This document shows positions 22,422 through 32,618 of a stretch of 32,618 bases of DNA, in pieces. The stretch is from assembly GCF_001194135.2 (NCBI RefSeq), contig NC_068999.1, forward strand, positions 23,231,455 through 23,264,072. The letters are read 5' to 3'. Position 1 is the first letter of the stretch; the number at the start of each line of letters is the position of its first letter. The notes below the pieces were generated by a model. That model did not search any database, was not told the DNA's origin, and worked only from the letters and a program-made list of their open reading frames with translations. The position numbers were made by a program, and so were the translations under genes. Source of the stretch: Octopus bimaculoides (Eukaryota).

Positions 22422-22518
22422 GTGAGCCTGGGAATAGTTCTCATCATCACTGTTATTATCAACATCACTTTCCTCATTGACACAGGTAAAAAACAGCAGG
22501 ATAACTATGCCAAGTTGT
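22422..22518 (+). CDS. POMGNT1: POMGNT1 second coding exon (type II transmembrane helix and start of stem)
   Basis: Acceptor tttgcag|. Encodes VSLGIVLIITVIINITFLIDTGKKQQDNYAKL plus 1 nt (human: [21 protein letters not shown]). Phase-1 donor gtaagt at 22519; an alternative phase-1 donor lies at 22486. Confidence 0.88.
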
Positions 22519-23394
22519 GTAAGTTCCTTCTGCGTTATTCTCTTATTATTCCTACCATTTAGAGTTTATTAAAAGTGTACATCATTCACTATTCTCCCAC
22601 CTCTGCAACCATTACGATTAATAATTCATGTGGATTGGAAAAATAAACCATATGTTCTTTGTTTCCCCTAAAAGGTATTGACCTGTATAAATGATATACT
22701 TTATTGATCCTATATAAAATGAGGCTTCTATTGTTGCAAAGTTTCCATGGTGTATTGAAATTAAAGGTTATAAGATGATTATGGAATCAGCCATAAAAAA
22801 TTAAATTTCAAAACTTTTCAACATATCCTGCTGAAAGTTCAGTTCAAAATACTTTTTTCAAATTGAAGACATATTAGTTAATTAAATTCTCAATGCACAA
22901 CAGAGCTAAATGTTCTATTTGCTGGGAAAATTTGAAAAAAACATTTAAATAGGTAAAATAACAACATTAGGTAGAAAACGTTTTGCTTTTGTTGTTATAA
23001 GGCAATTTATAGAATATAAAAGAATAAAATATTATTCTTTGTTTTTATTGTACTTTTTAATTTTTGCTATTGAGGCTCCTTTCATCTTAGAGAAATAGGG
23101 GTTTGCATGACATTTAGTTAATGTGAATCCTTGAGTTGATGGTTAGTGCATTGTAGAAGTATACAAAGATGAGAAAGAAATCTCTTAAGAAAGATAGTTT
23201 TGAAATTGAAGAACTACATACTCTGTTTATTATAGCTGTTAGCCAAATAAACATGGTATCTGTGAGGTAAAGACTGGTTGTGTCATATTCAATTTCTGCT
23301 TTGATATTCTGCCCTTTATTTCCCTCATTGTTTTCCTGTGCTTTTGAGACCGTATGAAGAAAATAAACATCATGTATTCACTTTCTTTCTAGGG

Positions 23395-23727
23395 CAGTGG
23401 TTCTCAGTTGAGGTCCACATGACCCCTTGAGGCCCATGTAAGATTTTTGTAGAGTCTATGCAAGCAAAATACTAAATGGGGTCTACATCTAGTATTTTAT
23501 GAGTCCATGAAATTTTTTTACTTCAAATGAATTTATTGCAAGAAACAGATATGTTTTCTTCTCTGACATTTTATATAGTTCAGCTTACACAAGTGAATGT
23601 GTGATAAGGAATTTTGAAGGAAGTATCTATGAAACTAGTTTTTAAACATCAAATGGTTATGGGGGTCCACCAGAATGAAATATTAATCAAAGGGGTTCAT
23701 AGATAGAAAAATGGCTGAGAATCGCTG
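23395..23727. mobile_element. hAT/Charlie-like MITE, 333 bp
   Basis: TIRs cagtggttctcag / ctgagaatcgctg (11/13). 8-bp flanks ttctaggg / ttctggag resemble the Charlie NTCTAGAN target. Confidence 0.8.
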
Positions 23728-23943
23728 TTCTGGAGCATCAGAACTGAAACTATATATATATATATAACATCTGGTGAAGATATTGTTGTGTGGTTAAAAA
23801 GCTCACATTGCAACCACATGGTCTTGGGTTCAACATCACTGCATGACATCACATACATGGAATCAATACCGTTTTACAATATGAGTCAAATTTGGAAGAT
23901 GGAAACTATGCAGAAATCCATTGTGTGATAAATATATGTATAT

Positions 23944-23984
<41 letters not shown>

Positions 23985-24558
23985 NNNNNNNNNNNNNNNN
24001 NNNNNNNNNNNNNNNNNNNNNNNNNNNNNNNNNNNNNNNNNNNNNNNNNNNNNNNNNNNNNNNNNNNNNNNNNNNNNNNNNNNNNNNNNNNNNNNNNNNN
24101 NNNNNNNNNNNNNNNNNNNNNNNNNNNNNNNNNNNNNNNNNNNNNNNNNNNNNNNNNNNNNNNNNNNNNNNNNNNNNNNNNNNNNNNNNNNNNNNNNNNN
24201 NNNNNNNNNNNNNNNNNNNNNNNNNNNNNNNNNNNNNNNNNNNNNNNNNNNNNNNNNNNNNNNNNNNNNNNNNNNNNNNNNNNNNNNNNNNNNNNNNNNN
24301 NNNNNNNNNNNNNNNNNNNNNNNNNNNNNNNNNNNNNNNNNNNNNNNNNNNNNNNNNNNNNNNNNNNNNNNNNNNNNNNNNNNNNNNNNNNNNNNNNNNN
24401 NNNNNNNNNNNNNNNNNNNNNNNNNNNNNNNNNNNNNNNNNNNNNNNNNNNNNNNNNNNNNNNNNNNNNNNNNNNNNNNNNNNNNNNNNNNNNNNNNNNN
24501 NNNNNNNNNNNNNNNNNNNNNNNNNNNNNNNNNNNNNNNNNNNNNNNNNNNNNNNNNN
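23985..24558. other. Assembly gap; other gaps at 13758-13845, 14894-15143, 26225-26234 and 26851-27316
   Basis: N runs, three of them abutting microsatellites. Confidence 1.
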
Positions 24559-24611
<53 letters not shown>

Positions 24612-24742
24612 ATATATTTATGTATGTATATATATTTATGTATGTATATATAGTTATGTGTATATATATATCTATGTGTGTGTGCGTGTATATATATGTG
24701 TGTGTGTATATATATGTATATATGCATATATATATATGTATA
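24559..24742. repeat. Compound (TA)n/(TG)n microsatellite; similar tracts at 25226-25415, 26672-26850 and 11923-11990
   Basis: Directly visible. These tracts generate the YIYI/VCVC/HTHT ORFs. Confidence 0.95.
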
Positions 24743-25225
24743 TCATCATCATCATCATCATTTAATACCCGCTTTCCATGTTGGCATGGGTTGAATGGTT
24801 TGACTGAGGACTGGCGAGCCAGATGGCTACACCAGGCTCCAATCTGATCTGGCAGAGTTTCTGCAGCTAGATGCCCTTCCTAACACCGACCACTCCGAGA
24901 GTGTAGTGGGTGCTTTTACGTTCCACCGGCACGAGGGCCAGTCAGGTGGTACTGGCAACAGCCACGCTCAAAACATGTTCCTTACGTGCCACCTGCACAG
25001 GAGCCAGTCCAGCGGCATTGGCAATGACCTTGCTTGAATGATGTTTTTCATGTGTCACCGACACAAGTGCCAGTAAGGTGACACTGGTAATGATCATGCT
25101 TGAATGGTGCTCTTTACGTGTCACCAGCACAGGAGCTAGTCATCAGCCCTGGCAACGATCACGCTCAGATGGAGCTCTTTGCGCTCCACTAGCACGGATG
25201 CCAGTCATGCGGTGCTGTCATCGAA
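24743..25225 (-). mobile_element. RTE-type LINE 3' region with five 66-bp tandem units
   Basis: (GAT)n tail on the minus strand. The motif gggcatctagctgcagaaac is a variant of the one in the RTE remnant at 16298-16318. Units start at about 24918, 24984, 25050, 25116 and 25181. Confidence 0.75.
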
Positions 25226-25258
25226 TATATATATGTACTTATATGTGTATGTATATAC

Positions 25259-25290
<32 letters not shown>

Positions 25291-25293
25291 ATG

Positions 25294-25324
<31 letters not shown>

Positions 25325-25366
25325 GTGTATGTATATATATATATATATGTATATATACATGTGTAT

Positions 25367-25420
<54 letters not shown>

Positions 25421-25489
25421 GTTTGTTGTTTACACACCCGTCTTTGTCTATTGTATTTTTGTAAATTCTCACTACATATATGTGTGTGT

Positions 25490-26000
25490 ATCATCATCAT
25501 CATCATCATCATTTAACACCCGCTTTCCATGCTAGCATGGGTTGGACGATTTGACTGTGGACTGGCGAACCAGATGGCTACACCAGGCTCCAATCTGATC
25601 TGGCAGAGTTTCTACAGCTGGATGCCCTTCCTAATGCCAACCACTGTGAGAGTGTCGTAGGTGCTTTTACGTGCCACTGGCACGAGGGCCAGTAAGTCAG
25701 TACTGGCAATGGCCATGCTCAAATGGTGTTTTTTACATGCCACATGCACAGGAGCCAGTCGAGCAGCACTGGCAATGACTTCGCTCGAACGATTTTTCAC
25801 GTGCCACCGGCACAAGTCCCAGTAAGGCAATGCTGGTAACGATCACCCTCAAATGATGCTTTTTACGTGCCACCAGCACGTTAGCGCTCCACTGGCATGG
25901 GTGCCAGTCATCAAATTTGGTTCAATTTCGATTTAACTTGCCCCAACAGGTCTTCACAAGGAGAGTTTAGTGTCTAATGAAGGAAAGTTATGCATAAGTG
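25490..26000 (-). mobile_element. Second copy of the RTE-type 3' region, with a deletion between units 4 and 5
   Basis: Colinear with 24743-25225; units start at about 25669, 25735, 25799 and 25865. Confidence 0.75.
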
Positions 26001-26669
26001 TCTACACAAGAAAGAATCAACAAGAAGAATCTTTTTATAGAGAAATTCCAAACGCTTCTTAACATACAAACTCCTTGGTGGCCATATTCCCTTCTCTCGC
26101 CTATCCATTGAAATACATATAAATTTACTTCTTGTTTCTCTATGAACAGACATAAACTTCCTGTTGACAAAGAGTCCAGAACTCCAACTAAAGAGTATAA
26201 AACACACAGAATTGTCTTCCCTTANNNNNNNNNNATGAACAGACATAAACTTCCTGTTGACAAAGAGTCCAGAACTCCAACTAAAGAGTATAAAACACAC
26301 AGAATTGTCTTCCCTTACACACACTTCCTATTTTGACACCACACTTCCTGTTTAACACATAAACTCTCAGCCGTTTTTTAAACACAACATGATTCTTAAT
26401 TCCATGCATCCTAATCTATCTAACAATTATCTACATGGATTACCATTGAACTTTAAAAACTCAAAGACAATATAATGTATTGGTATATGTATTTTTTTAT
26501 ATACTTTTTATATTTTTGTAAAAAAACATTATTTTCATTCCCCTCTTCTTGAAAATTTGCCATGCAACGAAAGCCGGTTAGAAATCCTTTTTAATCCTCC
26601 TTATGCACATCTATATTAAAATATGCTTTCAATGTAACATTCTGCCTTATTATTATTATTATTTATTTT

Positions 26670-26720
<51 letters not shown>

Positions 26721-26819
26721 ATGTATGTATTTGTGTATATATATGTATGTATATATATATATATACATACATAGATACACATATGTATTTGTGTATATAT
26801 ATATATATATATATATGTT

Positions 26820-26850
<31 letters not shown>

Positions 26851-27597
26851 NNNNNNNNNNNNNNNNNNNNNNNNNNNNNNNNNNNNNNNNNNNNNNNNNN
26901 NNNNNNNNNNNNNNNNNNNNNNNNNNNNNNNNNNNNNNNNNNNNNNNNNNNNNNNNNNNNNNNNNNNNNNNNNNNNNNNNNNNNNNNNNNNNNNNNNNNN
27001 NNNNNNNNNNNNNNNNNNNNNNNNNNNNNNNNNNNNNNNNNNNNNNNNNNNNNNNNNNNNNNNNNNNNNNNNNNNNNNNNNNNNNNNNNNNNNNNNNNNN
27101 NNNNNNNNNNNNNNNNNNNNNNNNNNNNNNNNNNNNNNNNNNNNNNNNNNNNNNNNNNNNNNNNNNNNNNNNNNNNNNNNNNNNNNNNNNNNNNNNNNNN
27201 NNNNNNNNNNNNNNNNNNNNNNNNNNNNNNNNNNNNNNNNNNNNNNNNNNNNNNNNNNNNNNNNNNNNNNNNNNNNNNNNNNNNNNNNNNNNNNNNNNNN
27301 NNNNNNNNNNNNNNNNAAAAGCCAAGATTAACATATAAATACGAGGCACTACATAGAAACATGCCTCGTGCTTATATGTTATAATTTTTCATATCTACTG
27401 CGCATGTGCGGTTTTTCTTATCGACAGCAAATACTAAAAAAAATGCCCTTTTTCTTCCAGAAATTAACCAAAAAAAACATTTTATCATTATTAATAAATC
27501 TCAGGGTAGCAAAAATTTTTTAGAAATTCTATTTACTACCAGTGGTCTAGCGAGAAGAAAAAGCTTGTCAATAGACTATATATTATTCATATAAATA

Positions 27598-27901
27598 CTG
27601 TGTACATTTAAACACATTAGAGAGATGTCCATAATAGGACATCTAACCCGCTAGAAGGAGCAGTCAAAATTCCAAACCATCATTAGGGATAATTTTGAAA
27701 GAGAATGAAAAATAAAAACATCATCTATTTTCCGAACCATGGTTTCAAGCTATTTTTAGCAAAATAAAATAATATTTTGCAAGGCCAGCTATCAACATTA
27801 TTTTATTTTGCTAAAAATAGCTTGAAACCATGGTTCAGAAAATAGAAGCGGGTTAGATGTCCTATTATGGACATTTCTCTGATGTGATTAAATGTACACT
27901 G
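27598..27901. mobile_element. Tc1/mariner-like MITE with long TIRs and an internal hairpin
   Basis: Arms 27589-27652 and 27847-27910 match at 60/64. Right end reads TA|CAGTG on the minus strand, with TA at both ends. Inner inverted repeat matches at 48/49. Confidence 0.7.
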
Positions 27902-27919
27902 TATTTATATATATATATG

Positions 27920-28096
27920 CACACACACACACAATCGGCTTCTTTCAGTTTCACTCTACCAGATCCACTCTCAAGGCTTCGGTTGGCCCCATGTTATCCT
28001 CATGGACACTTACCTAGTGTACCAATGCAATGGGATGGAACCCAAAACCATGTGGTTGAGAAGCAATCTTCTCAACCACACAACAACCATGCCTGC
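27920..28096 (-). mobile_element. SINE type 3 head
   Basis: ggcttctttcagttt...ccagatccactc...gaacccaaaaccatgtggttg. Confidence 0.7.
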
Positions 28097-29413
28097 ATCA
28101 ATAACAACAGCTATGGTATAAACTAAAGAAATAAATCATTAAATTGACTTCACATACGTCAATATATGTGTGATGCAACAACAAAAGTATTGGTTAAAAC
28201 AGTGTGAATTGATGTAAACAGATGCAGTCACTGTCTGTGTGGTTAAAAAAGTTCATTTTACAATTGTGTTGTGTTTGGGTTCAATTTCATTCTGTGGAAG
28301 TCAGTCAGAGGGGCATTCTTGCTCTTCTGGAGTAAATTTGATCCATTGTCTGGTTTAATGTCATCACCTTGGTTCTGAGCGAACTCTATTGCAGGTGCTC
28401 AAGTCAAGTGACTGGTTTGATGTTTTCTTCCCTTCCACCACTCTGATGTTTTGTAAATAATCATGAGTGTTGCCTTTCCTTCTCTAAGTCATGTATGACA
28501 ATGATGCTCATTTACAATCATCACATGTCTACACAAGTACACACACATCGTGGCAAGAATTGCAAGCTAATGAAACCTGTTCAGTTTCATACCTATTATT
28601 ATTGGAGCAACAGTATACATACCAACCTGTCTGCAGCAAAGTAAAGCTGAACTTGGTATCTTGGGGAGAGAATGCAAAATCCTTAATTCATATGCTACAA
28701 ATGATCACAATATCTAGGACCACAAAAAATCTGCAAGGCCTTCTTAATATTTAAAGGATGATGGTTAAAACAAGATACTTTTCTTCTCAACAGCCTCCAT
28801 CCAACGAATCTGCTTACAAAGCCTTGGTCGGCCCAGGGCTATCAGTAAATGACAACCTGCCAAAGGGTCCACAGTGAAACTGAACCCAAACTGCTTGTAC
28901 AAGTACAAATTTGCAGAACTGTTCCACTTATGGAAATATACATGTAAAGCATCAAAATACATTTGGTGTTGTGATTATAAAGAACTTGTTCTTAGACCCC
29001 TATTTCAAGTTACATATATTTTTTTGTTAGCTGACTTCTGTCTATAAAATATGTACAGGCTTGTTTTAACAGAAATTGGTACATTAAACAGTAGAGCTGA
29101 TGGGACCATTTTATTGTTTCTTTTATTCAAGAATCATAATGCTGGACAAAATGCTTTATGGTTTTTGATACAGATCTTTAAGTTCTTAATTCTGCTGAAA
29201 TCAACTTATGCTATTTATCCCTTCTGGAGTCAATAAGATTAAGAAAATAAGGTACAAATCAAGCAGCTGTTCCCTCCCAACATATTTCTGGTTTGCCTGT
29301 ATAAGGAATCAATATTTCCATTATTTTTAAGATTGACTTTGACAGGTTTGCAAATTCAGGAGTTTGTAGTTTTTGGAACAGTTATTTAGATGGAAGTTTT
29401 TCATGAGTTGTTA

Positions 29414-29803
29414 ATGCAGGTATGGATGCATGGTTAAGAAGCTCACTTTATAACAGTGTGCTTTCAGGTACTGTCCCACTGTGTGACACCTTGGGGAAGT
29501 GTTTTCTACTATAGTCCCATGACAAGTGTGTTATGAGTGAATTTGGTAGACAGAAACAGAATGGAAATCTGTCATATATTTGTGTGTTTGTCTGCATGTC
29601 ATTGTATGAACATCACTTAAGCTGTAATGACTTTATTGTCCTCCTATAAACAAAATTTTTCTCACTTTTGATGTGTGAAAACTTAAATTAGTTGAAAATA
29701 AGGGCTGGCATAAAGAAGGGCATTTGACCATAGCACACTGCCTCAAAATAAGTTCAGAACTCCCAATCTAACATGGAAAAAAGGACATAAAAATGATGAT
29801 GAT
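29414..29803 (+). mobile_element. SINE type 3 with RTE-like tail, diverged
   Basis: Head with gtgacaccttggggaagtgtttt; tail gaagggcattt...catggaaaaaaggacataaaaatgatgatgat. Confidence 0.75.
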
Positions 29804-29863
29804 ATATTTTTGATCAATGGTTTTTACTCTTTTTATTTAACCTGACATCTCTTTTCTTTCCAG

Positions 29864-29982
29864 CTGGAGTGAGCACTGACATCCATGATAAACAGTCTAA
29901 AAATGAGAAATTAGGAAGAACTCTTTCTGTGATAGTAGTATCCAGTAAGGATGCGGTTAGTGTCTCAGTTGATGGGACAGCG
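29864..29982 (+). CDS. POMGNT1: POMGNT1 third coding exon (stem)
   Basis: Polypyrimidine tract and cag| acceptor. 119 nt, phase 1 to phase 0. Encodes (S)GVSTDIHDKQSKNEKLGRTLSVIVVSSKDAVSVSVDGTA (human: ...[23 protein letters not shown]). Donor gtaggt. Confidence 0.92.
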
Positions 29983-30032
29983 GTAGGTTCCATTTCATTT
30001 CTAGTAACAGTTTTAACAATTTGCTTTTCAAT

Positions 30033-30356
30033 GGCATGTTTTCTTTAGTGGCTAGGGTATTCAGCTCACAATCGTAAGGTCATGAATTTGATTCCTGCCT
30101 GCACATTGTGTCCTTGAGCAAGACACTTTATTTCATGTTGCTCCAGTCCACTCAGCTGGCAAAAACGAGTCATATCTGTAATGCAAAGAGCCAGCCTTGT
30201 CATGTTGTGTCATGCTAAATGTCCCTGAACATTACGTTAAGAGTATGCATGTTTGTGGTGTGCCCAGCCATTGATTTCAATGAGCAGGCTGTTCCAGTCA
30301 TCAGATCAACTCAAACTCTTGTTATCATAACCGATGGAGTGCCAGTAAGTAAGTAA
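30033..30356 (+). mobile_element. tRNA-derived CORE-like SINE, type 2, with (TAAG)n tail
   Basis: tagtggctagggtattcagctcac...tttgattcc head and ttgtgtccttgagcaagacacttt CORE-like block. Starts about 50 nt after the donor at 29983. Confidence 0.7.
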
Positions 30357-30705
30357 ATGAATTAACTACAAAAGAAAGAAAAAAAAAATGAAGAAGACAA
30401 AGAAGAGAAAATGGTTCCTGCCCACAGTTCTTGGAACAGTTGTAATATTGATCATGACTAATATTAGTAAAGTTTGTGAATTCACTTCTAAACACCTGGC
30501 AGTAATATCACATCATTTCTGTCATTCTTCTATAATAATCAATAACTAGATTGTTCTTTTGGTTGTTGTCCTTATCAAATCACTCATGTTTGTTGAGAAC
30601 CAGAAAGTTTTGTTCTGTTGGAATCTCACTACTAGATTTTTCCTCAGAAACTTACTTTACCATCACATTTTGTCCTTATCATTATTATAAATCAGCAAGA
30701 CATCA

Positions 30706-30800
30706 AGCTGGCAGAATTGTTAGTAGCATTTTGTCCATCTTTACATTGTGAGTTCAAATTCTGCCAAGGTCAACTTTGCTTTCCACTTTATCACTGGGGT
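30706..30800 (+). mobile_element. SINE type 1 fragment
   Basis: agctggcagaattgttag...gagttcaaattctgccaaggtcaactttgc. Confidence 0.7.
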
Positions 30801-31037
30801 CATGAGCTAATTGCTGATCTCGGCCAAGATGATTACCATCAGTGCAACCTAATTGCCTGATAAAAAAAGCCATTGTCATGGGGTTATTAATCAGCTGCTA
30901 ACTCTACTTCAAATTCAAAACTGATTCTGATTCAGACTGTTTTGAAATTTATTTTGAAGCAGCTTTTTGTATTGTAATTGAATTTTTACTTCTTTAATTA
31001 TGTCCCTACTTGATTCTTTATTCTTTGTTTCTTTAAG

Positions 31038-31103
31038 GTTTTGCATGATGAAGAACCTGATAAAAACCGAGGCATTCATGTTATTGTCCTGAACCAAGCA
31101 ACA
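31038..31103 (+). CDS. POMGNT1: POMGNT1 fourth coding exon (stem carbohydrate-binding domain); gene continues beyond the window
   Basis: Acceptor tttctttaag|. 66 nt encoding [22 protein letters not shown] (human: [22 protein letters not shown]). Donor gtaagt. Confidence 0.95.
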
Positions 31104-31356
31104 GTAAGTGACTGTTTGTTTGTTTGTATGTGAGTGTATGTTTGTATGTTACTCTATTGTTCTTGGAAGGTGTCTTTCTGATAGGTTTCCTTCTTCACAC
31201 AGAATATGCCTTTTGAAAAATGAAACTAGTATTTATTTTCTAACTAGATCATTTGAGGTTTGCTGAGTTTGAGAGGCAGGCATACTATCTATGTAAATGA
31301 ACTATTATCTGAAATGTCAAGAAATAATCAATATAAGTACTATTTTGAGTGTGTGA

Positions 31357-31596
31357 TCACCATTTAATGCCCACTTCTCCATGCTTGCATGGGTCAAACA
31401 GAATTTGTTGAGATAGATTTTCTATGGCTGGATGCCCTTCTTGTCACCCACCTTCACCCGTTTCCAAGCATGGTAATATTTCCTCATTGCCAGACATGTA
31501 TTCATGGAAGACTAGAAACAAACATTACTGCTTGTATGATGGGGATGCTCATTTACAACCATCATGTGATGCCAAGACCCTGGCACACACATCCAT

Positions 31597-31654
<58 letters not shown>

Positions 31655-31813
31655 ATACACATAAATGTTAGGCTTGTTTTAGTTTCCATTTACCAGATCC
31701 ACTCAAGACTTTGGTCAGCCTGGTGCTATTGTAGAAGACATGTGCCATCAGCTTAAACCTGAAACCACATGGTTCGGAAGCAAATTTCTTAGCCACACAG
31801 TCGTGCTCACACC
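31357..31813 (-). mobile_element. SINE type 3 with RTE-like tail and internal (CA)n
   Basis: Colinear with 17685-18117. Confidence 0.8.
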
Positions 31814-32411
31814 GAGGAAAACACTTTTTTAAGCCTATTCCTAATCTGGTCACTGTGCTTTCCAAACATTTACATTTACTACAAATTAGATCACCTAGGT
31901 AAGTAGAAGCTATCAGTTATTTTAGGTTTTTGGTCTCTTTTTCTTTTCAACCATATGCCCCTTTTATTTGATAATCTAAATATATTTGACCACCCCTTCA
32001 TTCCTCACTCTAGTTATCACCTCCTTCCCCTTCTGTTATTCTCTTACTAGCAAGTACCTGACATGCCTTTTTATATAGATAAGACTAGACTTTTGGTCTC
32101 AATAAAGGGCTGCAGGTGGGGGAGTATCTGATATTTAATTAATTTATCATCATTAGCAGGAACTTAACTGTCAACTCCCAATGCGCTTAATTCTTAAGAG
32201 TTGGAGACAGTTTGCTGCAAATAATCTGAAAAATATAATCAGGATGAATGTAGATGTAGCCATCTCTCTTTTCCTCATTCTTGACTGCCACTATTCCAGT
32301 ATGCTACTCCAAATCATGGTGGCTGTAGGGATGCATTATTTACTAAATTCATTCTGCCACAGAAATAGAAAAGAAAAGCAATGTAATTATTTTGGTTGCT
32401 AGTACTATATA

Positions 32412-32618
32412 TCATCATCATCATCATCGTTTAACGTCCGCTTTCCATGCTAGCATGGGTTGGACGATTTGACTGAGGACTGGTGAAACCGGATGGCAAC
32501 ACCAGGCTCCAATCTAATTTGGCAGAGTTTCTACAGCTGGATGCCCTTCCTTACGCCAACCACTCAGAGAGTGTAGTGGATGCTTTTACGTGTCACCCGC
32601 ACGAAAACGGCCACGCTC
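32412..32618 (-). mobile_element. RTE-type 3' end, third copy, running off the window
   Basis: catcatcatcgtttaacgtccgctttccatgctagcatggg..., with several CpGs retained. Confidence 0.8.

Noticed and set aside
24914-25225. Regularly spaced palindromic repeats resembling a CRISPR array
   Set aside because: The whole 66-bp unit is repeated with no unique spacers. It lies inside a dispersed eukaryotic repeat and there are no cas genes.
26142-26317. 83-bp direct repeat and ORF with duplicated peptide
   Set aside because: Identical copies flank a 10-N gap; assembly artefact.
23892-27384. Long ORFs of 100-300 aa in the track
   Set aside because: They consist of N runs and TA/TG/CA microsatellites (YIYI, VCVC, HTHT) and are not coding.

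Overview
AT-rich, repeat-dense eukaryotic DNA with five N gaps. The SINE/LINE families and microsatellites look like an octopus genome (inference). The only host gene I can support is the 5' part of POMGNT1 (protein O-mannose beta-1,2-N-acetylglucosaminyltransferase 1) on the + strand. Four coding exons (21628-21753, 22422-22518, 29864-29982, 31038-31103) splice in frame into 136 aa: cytosolic tail, transmembrane helix and start of the stem domain. The gene continues past the window. The rest is mainly mobile DNA: three tRNA-derived SINE types, RTE-clade LINE remnants, an R4/Dong-like RLE retrotransposon fragment, piggyBac-, hAT- and Tc1-like MITEs, and a probable Helentron-associated element. 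Best leads: (1) a PAM2-like motif in the POMGNT1 cytosolic tail; (2) a uORF-loaded leader with a possible bypass acceptor; (3) tandem in-frame donors; (4) a polarised retroposon train in an (AAT)n array; (5) a nested-hairpin MITE; (6) a 66-bp two-hairpin array in a LINE 3' region. None of these is a demonstrated new system. Nearly all ORFs in the supplied track are microsatellite or gap artefacts. Repeat boundaries are read by eye and are approximate.
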